Shown here: positions 25,681 to 33,696 of the stretch, one piece after another | How the letters are laid out: each line of letters starts with the position of its first letter | How positions within the stretch are numbered: position 1 is the first letter of the stretch | NCBI GenBank assembly: GCA_009602735.1 | Contig: WELA01003517.1 | Coordinates: 472,001 to 511,374 of the forward strand | Reading direction: 5' to 3' | Length of the DNA: 39,374 nucleotides | Source of the DNA: Mesotaenium endlicherianum | Lineage: Eukaryota | Notes under the pieces: generated by a model | Database searches by the model: none | What the model saw: the letters and a program-made list of their open reading frames with translations, nothing else | What the model was told of the DNA's origin: nothing | Translations under genes and position numbers: made by a program

Positions 25681-25977
25681 CCAGGGACAAGTGACAGGAG
25701 ATCCTGTCTCCATATAAGTTGGAGGGGAGTGTGACAGTTAGTTACAGTTGTGACAAGCAGCCCACCTTTAAAATTAAGTTGGAGGGAGTGGTGTTCTGTC
25801 TTGGGATCAGCCGCGCTCACACTCACTTTCTGTCTAAACTCAATTTACCCTGATATTCACTCACACCAGGTAATTCACACTAGGAACTTGTCCTATCGCG
25901 TCCTCTTCATTAAGGGCACTCAGTAGCGGCAAAATATCATGACTTCACTAACTGCATTGTGTTGATGAGTGAGCAGG

Positions 25978-27636
25978 ATGACTCAAAAGTCAGAACTTAA
26001 GAGGAAGAGAAGAGCGGAAGAGGCACATGCAGAATACTTGCAATTCCGTGGCGACATTGAATCATCCTCCATTTCCGCTCGGGAATCACAACGACTCCAA
26101 TAACGGCGGGAGGCACAGAAGAAGAAGGAGGAGGAGGAACAGGCCAGACTGAGGCAGGAAGAACTGGACAGAAAAGCTGCAGAGGAGGCCAAGAAAGCAG
26201 AGGAGGAGAGGCAAGCTGAGGAGAAGCGGAAGCAGCAGGCTGAAGAAGAGCAGAGGAGAATCAGCAGCTACCGCTACACAGTGCTGGGCAAGGGCTTTGA
26301 TCTACTGGAGGAGGCCTTCAAGTATGCTCAGAGAAGTCGCAGCGAGTCACAGAAGGACATCGTACAGAAGGAAGGGGAGACATCCGAGAACTTTGACAAG
26401 TATATAGAGGTCAACACAGGGCTGCTCCTCTACCATGATTATGCCAGGATGGTAGGATATACAGTCAGAGAGGCCAAGGCAATGGCCAAGGTAAACGAAG
26501 CAGGGGCAATATCGATTCCGGGTATCTGGGGGAGAGATAGGGTCATCAGGATGATCCCCATGGACGCGGACAGCTTTAAGGACTCTACACCCCATAACAG
26601 GTTCAAGGCCATGTATAATGAGGTGGAGAGAAGGAGCTGGAAATTCTTGGCCAGGGAAACCAATCAGCTGGACTTTGCAGGGTACCCTTGTACTTTGAAA
26701 AGGACAGACCCTGCCTTCTTCCAAAAGCCCACCGATTGGCGGTGGATGACCATCAACATGAGGGACCAGCAGAATGACAGGGCGACGGATGAGGATTTCC
26801 TAACAGACCTAAAGAGAAATATAGTATTGCCCCCTCACATTGCGGCTTGGGCCCAAGATTGGATGGACTAAGAGACTGCATGAGCCAAGAAATGCAAGGG
26901 GGACAGGATCAGGGCCCGAGAGTCATTCTCTAAAGGGAAGCACGCTTATGCCAAATGGGCAAGCAAGCAGGGGGAAAAGGACCTGTATGCGGTCCGGACT
27001 CAGCAGACCCCACCAGCACCCAAAAGGGGAAGGTCAGTGGGATATTCTTTTTCTCGGGAGGAGCTGGAGCAGTTGACAAAAGAGACCCCAGCAGTCTCAG
27101 AGGAACCCGGGGACGGAGAGGAGGAGGGGTCAGAGGAAGAAGAGGAGGAAGGCGAGGAGGAGGACACTAGCCCCGCCGTGATCCTGACACCTGCCACATC
27201 CCCTGTAAGGGAGAAGACTGAGTCAGCCCTGCAGCGGCTCGCTGAAGAGGAGGATATCAATTGGCTGGGAATTGCCATAGGACAGAGTCCATCTCCAGGC
27301 ACGGAGACCCAGTCAGACAGGGCAAACAGGAGGGCTGCTAAAGAAATAGCCAGAGGCCTGCCGGCATCTCCCTCGCAGAGAGGGCATGTACCCTTAGCTC
27401 ATGTCATGCAACATCCTTATGGGATGCCGGTATATGTTTAAGTCAGTTTGAGGGCTGCCCAGGAGAAGGGTGCCTCCATTCACTTTCAGACCGTGCAGGA
27501 CGAAACCGCACAGTTACTGCGTTCTCCGCAGGGTCCCTACGCGGAGCCTCCCTCTCTGACAGGCTTCAGAAGACCCCAAGACAGGAGGAGGTCTGACTCT
27601 CCTGACCATAGGGCCCGAGGGGCATCTCCCTCTTAA
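25978..27636 (+). pseudogene. Element B accessory ORF3, unknown function (552 codons, four in-frame stops, no frameshift)
   Basis: One frame from ATG 25978 (MTQKSELKRKRR...) with stops at 26101, 26869, 26881 and 27439. Collinear protein homology with 15990-17653. Confidence 0.85.
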
Positions 27637-27740
27637 GGGCAGAGGGCCAAGGGCACAGCACGTTGTATGGGAGAGGGATCAGTCATTTCAGTTGGGGAAA
27701 TCCACGTCTCCTGTGTCAGTGTTGTCGAGGCGACAACATG

Positions 27741-27755
27741 TTAAGTTGGAGGGAT
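27741..27755 (+). promoter_or_regulatory. 3' polypurine tract of B
   Basis: TTAAGTTGGAGGGAT abuts the 3' LTR. Confidence 0.85.
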
Positions 27756-28474
27756 TGTAATGAATCAGTTTATTGGTTGCTATAATATTCATTTAAATAT
27801 AACAGTTAAATAAGTTCAGCATGTTGAACTCTAGTTAATAATCAGTCTGCTGGACTTCATATTTAATATCAGTTTAATGACTCAGCCGAAAGCAGCAGGC
27901 TGAAATCAGCTTAAGTCAGCTTGCTGACACATTCTTTGACAGCCAGCTGACTTCCGTACCCGGTAGCAGCGAACTGCCTCGATATGCATCTAAGTGTGAT
28001 AGGCTAGATGAATGGCCAGATGACATCCCTATGATGGATGGCGATTCGGGATGGCGGGAGATGGCGGTGGATTTGGTTAACCGAGGTCCGACCAACGTGG
28101 TTAACTCCCGGGTAGGCGGTGCCATCGCACAGGCCGTTGAACAGTAAACTCATTCCATGTACATATGCTAGGCATTGCTCTCGAGTTTGGCATTCGGAAA
28201 CGAAGCCAACTCTCTTGTACAGCTTACTGAGAGGGATCTAAATCCAAGGCGAGAAGCCATTGATACGCACTGTCTTCTAGCCTTGCTTATGTATGAGTTT
28301 ACTGATTGCATATTGATGCTAGTTTACTTGCACTTGACTTGCGAGTATTGTCCACTGCTAGTGTGTTGTCCTTTTGCCGTTTAATTAGTTAACGAAAAAT
28401 CCATAAAGATTACTTGCTGATATGAAGATCTTTATTAACTGTTAATTGCCTATTTGGTAAGTTGATTCATTTCA
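27756..28474 (+). repeat. Element B 3' LTR
   Basis: Direct repeat of 11732-12441. Confidence 0.95.
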
Positions 28475-28479
28475 GACAT

Positions 28480-29477
28480 CGAGGAGTGGATCAGGACTTG
28501 CGATGCGTGTTAGAGAAACAAGACACCAAATCAAAAGAAGGGAGGTACATTGCAGCCCCTGCCTATTCCAGAGTATCCTTGGGAGCAGATTGCTATGGAC
28601 TTCATCACGTCGTTACCAGTGAGTGGTCAAGGGCACGATGCACTTTGGGTTGTATCTGATATACTCAGCAAGATGGCTCACTTCATTGCCATGAAAAAGA
28701 CTTTTACGGCAGCAGATGTCGCACGGTTGTTCTTTGATCATATTTTCAGGCTACATGGGTTGCCGAAGGTGATTGTTTCAGATCGGGACTTAAGGTTTAC
28801 TAGCAACTTCTGGCGGTCATTGTTTTCTTTGATGGGGACCAAGTTGAGTATGAGCACTTCCTATCACCCTCAGACAGACGGGCAGAGTGAGAGGCTCAAC
28901 AGAACTCTGCAAGAGGTGCTCAGGAGTTTCACTATGAAAGACCCTTCAGAGTGGGACAAGAAGCTACTAGGGTTGGAGTTTGTCTACAACAACAGCATGC
29001 AGGGATCCACCAAGCAGTCACCATTTGCTATGTACTCTTGTCCACAGTTAACCTACCTTTCACAGGCAAGAGGAAACTGCGGGCACGGTTTACAGGTCCC
29101 TTTGTACTGCTCAAGCAAGTGAATCCAGTGGCCTACAAGTTGGAACTTCCTTCAGGCTGGCGTATCCATGATGTGTTCCATGTCAGTTGTCTGCGGCCAT
29201 TCGTTGACCCAAATGACGAACATCCAGGACGACTACCTACACCGCCACCATCGGTCGAGATCGATGATGTATTGGAGTATGAAGTGGAGGCGATTGTCGG
29301 CGATCGACGAGTCAAGCGAGGTCAACGATTTGTCCAAGAGTATCTGGTCAAGTGGAAAGGCTACCATGCGGACGACAACGCTTGGGAGCCAGAGGCCAAC
29401 TTGACTCATTGTAAGAGTAAGTTGAGACGTCATCTGCAGAATGCGTCGAGGACGTCGCATCTTGAGGAGGGGGATCA
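28480..29477 (+). pseudogene. pol: Element A pol, 3' part: integrase core, GPF module and chromodomain
   Basis: The frame continues across the B insertion (YYWRNMDK[D/N]|IEEWIRTCDAC). It then contains AMDF, SDRD, TDGQSER, FTGPF and the chromodomain EYEVEAIV...YLVKWKGY...AWEPE. There is an internal deletion near 29030. Confidence 0.93.
29464..29474 (+). promoter_or_regulatory. Polypurine tract of A
   Basis: GAGGAGGGGGA ends 3 nt before the 3' LTR. Confidence 0.88.
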
Positions 29478-30230
29478 TGTATGGTCATAGGTTTATAAAG
29501 TGCATTTTTGAGTTTCATGAAAGTGTGTTTTGATTGAATAGTAGCTTAGAGTGCATTTTTGTGGTCATTTTGATATAAAGTTCATCGAATTTGGTCAAGT
29601 ATTGAGAGAGTTATGGATTTTCGAAGTTTAATTAGATTTGAGGTCGGTTGACGACTGTCCTTAATTCGCGGTGAGCGCGACCGTCGGATTGACAGACAGC
29701 GTGGAGCGAAATGGCCCGTTAGAATGAACTCGAACCTTCACGTAAGTTCGGCTGACGCGGAGTGCCGACTAGGTCGATTTACCTAGAAGTTTCGGTTTAG
29801 CCTAGCGCGTCTAAGATAGAATATTCTAGTAATGTCGATGCATGTATGTGGACGTGAAATCGGCCCGACACGTCAGATTAGACCGATCTGGCTTTCTCAC
29901 GAATATTCTGGAAGGGACGATTTGACGAACACTTAGGAAAATCCGTAGCTTCCTCCTAGGGAGNCTAGAGAGGAGCACTTAGGCAAAAAATCATAAATAG
30001 GCATAACTTCTCCAATTCTTATCAGTTTTCACTTCTGTAAATTTCTACGGGTTTGTAATGACAAGACCTTTCACCCTACACCATTTGTGAGCAGTTTCTT
30101 GCCACTCAAGATGTCAAGCAATTTTCCTAAGCTTTCTTATCAATATGTCGCTGCACTCTTTAGTATGATTGCAACTAGTTCCTTTCCTCGTGAGTTACTA
30201 CGCTTCCACTAGGGCACTCTGCCCCTTTCA
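29478..30230 (+). repeat. Element A 3' LTR
   Basis: Direct repeat of 7547-8290, followed by TSD ATAGT. It contains a single-N overlap at 29964. Confidence 0.96.
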
Positions 30231-32345
30231 ATAGTGTAGATCGCTGACATTGACAACCGAAGTCATGAGTATATCTAATTGTATCTATTTTAAGTCTTAA
30301 GTAAACGGATATGTAGACATGGTAAAATTGCGTGGTACTAGTCAGTATTTCTAATATTATAAGACTCAGTACATTGAGAATATATCTATTCCTTTAGTGA
30401 TTATTCGAGATTGGCACCTATGACCACTTCGTAGTATATTGAAAAATTGGGAGGTTGACTGAGATTTGGTAAACCGATGTCCTACTACTGTGGCTAAACC
30501 CTTGGTAGCCAGAACCGTTGTCAATCAACTGAACAATTTGGACTTCAGTCAATCAGGCAAAGAATATGGTCGTGATCCTTAGATATGTGAGGTCCAGCTT
30601 AACATGTAATGATATGAGCTTTTTAGGCGTATTTGGGATATCTTTCCTAAGTACCTAAAATACGTTACACTATTTATCAATATATTCTTTGATAAACGTT
30701 TGCATCTTGATGAATTATTCGTCACATGCGTGTGCCGGCTAATTCCTGGTCGATAGGCAAAACAACCAAGATGCTATTGCAAAAAGCGTCGTAAAGTAAT
30801 TCGACTACTTTGCAACAGTAAGACAAAATTCATCATGAAGTTACTTTGATTATTTATGAAGAGATAATTTAATTTTATCATAGATTGATTACTTTATTCG
30901 ATTGTCATTATTTCGGATAATGTTACAATCGTTGATATCGGTTTAGTGATGATTCGTTAAACTGAACAATTGTAAAATTCAAACAAAACCAAATATGCAA
31001 AGTCGCTTTGCATCCAAGCGGATTCGAGTCCGCGACCTATCTTTTGAAATGTTCACACCTAACCGATTGCCGAAGTAATATTCATAACTACCGGTTCATG
31101 ACGAAAGCATGTGTACGCGATCCCGCAAGCTGTTGCGACTTTTTCGGAAAGTCGCGTGAAGGCGAAAACGCCCATTTGGCGTGAAACAATTTTTTCGGAA
31201 TCTGTCGAAAACTCTCCAAACGGCCAAACGGCGCGTTACGAGCATTCAGCCGAACGGGTTATACCCCTTCGCTTGTTTTTGTTGAACATGAACCAGTGCC
31301 CTAGGTGGTGACTCGAAGCACTCCAGTGCCTCATGTTGTGCAAGTATATATACTTGCAAGAGTCATTGTGAGTGGAACTCGCACAAGCACAAATTCTACT
31401 TTAGTTTTCATTTTTGCTTTCACAAGGATTGTCTATTTTCTCGAAGTTATCGCTATTTTTTTTTTGCTAATATTAAAATATACTTGAATACCGAGTAAAG
31501 ATCCTTGTGAGAAGCAAAAACATTATATATCGGATTTTCCACGATTCGACGCAACTTGTGCCGTGGTCAATCAGGTGCTCACTAGGTCCATAGCAGGTTG
31601 CAATCTCATGGTCCGTCATTTTGGACAGCAGGCTCTACAATAAGATTTCTACTTGCAAGTCATGTGGTGCACTTTTGGTTCGGTGTTAATGAACAATTTT
31701 TGCGCAAATTGACATGGCGTCTTTAGTTGTGCACCAAATTGAGCGGACTAGAACGTTTTAGAAAAATCTCATTAAAATGCTATTGTGGCCATTACGTTTG
31801 CTAAATTTGGTTAAATATTGACAAAGTTTTATCGTGTTTGATGTCTTCGGGTCACATAGTGGACAACTTCCATGGCATTGCGCCTAAGCCACTATGATAT
31901 TTTTGAGCTACCTCAAGGTCATCTGTAAGAGAACGCCTGTGCTATTTAGTCTTCCGATGTCGTGTGTGTGCTCATGCATGCTTGTGTGCCTGGTAGGCAA
32001 GAGTCCATGAGTTTCTTGAAGAAAAGCTTTAGTCTTTGAGTTCATCTCCTGCTTTTGCCTAGAGTTAGTGTGTAACTAAGACACACTAGCGTTAGTGAGG
32101 CAAGGGTTATGAATCAGCTATATGAATTTGTTATTATAAGGGCGAAGATTGCTCCTTGATTTACATGCTTCCAACTATCTTAATGTTATAAATTAAATAA
32201 CATGTATTTCTTGAATAAACAAGATTCATTACAGTCAGACCACCTAAAGATCAGCCCTCTTATCAAATGCCACCCTCTTTAAGCCGCCCTGGAGGGTTCG
32301 TATTTCTCGGTGCACCGATCACGATTATAAAAACATTTTTCTCTG

Positions 32346-32560
32346 TGTCGTGCGGTAGGAGGTCGGGTGCGTATCAACGACACAAGCAATGCATTATATG
32401 CAAGCAGGCTTTGCTGGAATGAAGTCTATAATACATGTGGCTTTATACATGTGGCGGGTCAAGGCAACCGATGTGGAAGCCGAGGTTGCAGCTGTCGCAG
32501 AGCAGCATCCTGGCCTCCTGGCCGGAGCTGTGGCAGATCTGGCACGCCCAGTCCTTGGGC
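32346..32560 (-). repeat. 215-bp direct repeat, copy 1 (PHD-coding fragment plus 104 bp of downstream sequence)
   Basis: Near-identical to 33482-33696. Confidence 0.93.
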
Positions 32561-33481
32561 ACATCATGATCTTCAAGAGTAGTCCTATGGCAGGGGGTAT
32601 AAGCTGTGACTCTGCTCACCACTTGTGAAGTTCTTCTAGTGACTGGAAGCCAGCAAGGCTTGCTCTTCACAAGAGAGGGACTAAGTGGTCCTGAAAACAC
32701 AAGAGATAAAAGTGTAAGCTTTACTGATAATCTTTGTGACTTACAACTGGCATAATGGGACTTCTGAAAAGATGTTCCTCTAGGGACATCTCTAGCACTT
32801 ATACTCCTGAAAACCCGGCGTCGTATGCGGCGGATCCAATGCATGTAGTCACTCTAGGAGGCTCTCCTATGTCCACTAATGTGTACAAGGCATGTACTAG
32901 CACTCCTATAGGCTAAGCATAACTCAAACCAATCAAAGCAAAGCACGTAGAATATGCTAAGTGTCTCTCATTGGTGGAGCTTACCTTGGGTAGTTCTACC
33001 TAGATAGCGCCTCAAAAGTGAATCTGAAACTTGATGAAGCTTCCTCTAGGAGTAGGTGATGCAGTCACCAAGTTATAGCCTCAATGATGCACTTATGCTA
33101 TGGAAATGCAAGACTTATGTAGTCTAAAGGGCTCGCGGATTTGTGCGCACAAAGCTAGGGGTCCTTGGGGTCACGAATAGTCAACATTGTCACCTTTGGG
33201 TGCATTGAGTCACAAGTTGTCCATTTGGTGTGATTCCGCTAGGTGTCGAAAGGAGTGCGGACTAGATCGCGTCTATCTCGCTCGATAATTAACCAAATGA
33301 CGCGAAACCGGTGCCATTCGGAAGATGCTTCGACGCGCTACAGTTTGGTGACTCGGAGATCTAGAGAAGGTCAACATATGGATGCGTAAAGTCAATGCAA
33401 AGTTGGTCTTCCTAGGTTGATGGTTCACACACGTAGAACTTGGTTTTGTACGTCAACCTCGACTTAATAAATCATGACAGC

Positions 33482-33696
33482 TGTCGTGCGGTAGGAGGTC
33501 GGGTGCGTATCAACGACACAAGCAATGCATAATATGCAAGCAGGCTTTGCTGCAATGAAGTCTATAATACATGTGGCATTATACATGAGGCGGGTCAAGG
33601 CAATCGATGTGGAAGCCGAGGTTGCAGCTGTCGCAGAGCAGCATCCTGGCCTTCTGGCCGGAGCTGTGGCAGATCTGGCACGCCCAGTCCTTGGGC
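33482..33696 (-). repeat. 215-bp direct repeat, copy 2 (overlaps the 3' end of element E pol)
   Basis: Near-identical to 32346-32560. Confidence 0.93.

Larger units (their letters stand above)
11732..28474 (+). mobile_element. Element B: Ty3/gypsy chromovirus with an extra 3' ORF, nested in A's integrase
   Basis: LTRs TGTAATGAATC...TTCATTTCA, TSD AACAT/GACAT (4/5 match), PBS, PPT, gag, pol with chromodomain, and ORF3. Confidence 0.94.
7547..30230 (+). mobile_element. Element A: decayed full-length Ty3/gypsy chromovirus LTR retrotransposon, hosting nested B and C
   Basis: Paired TG...CA LTRs, 5-bp TSD ATAGT (7542-7546 and 30231-30235), PBS and PPT. Domain order is gag-PR-RT-RNaseH-INT-chromodomain. 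Confidence 0.96.

Noticed and set aside
32346..33696. TRIM or mini-LTR element formed by the 215-bp or 104-bp repeats
   Set aside because: No TSD, PBS or PPT in either orientation. Kept only as an unexplained duplication.
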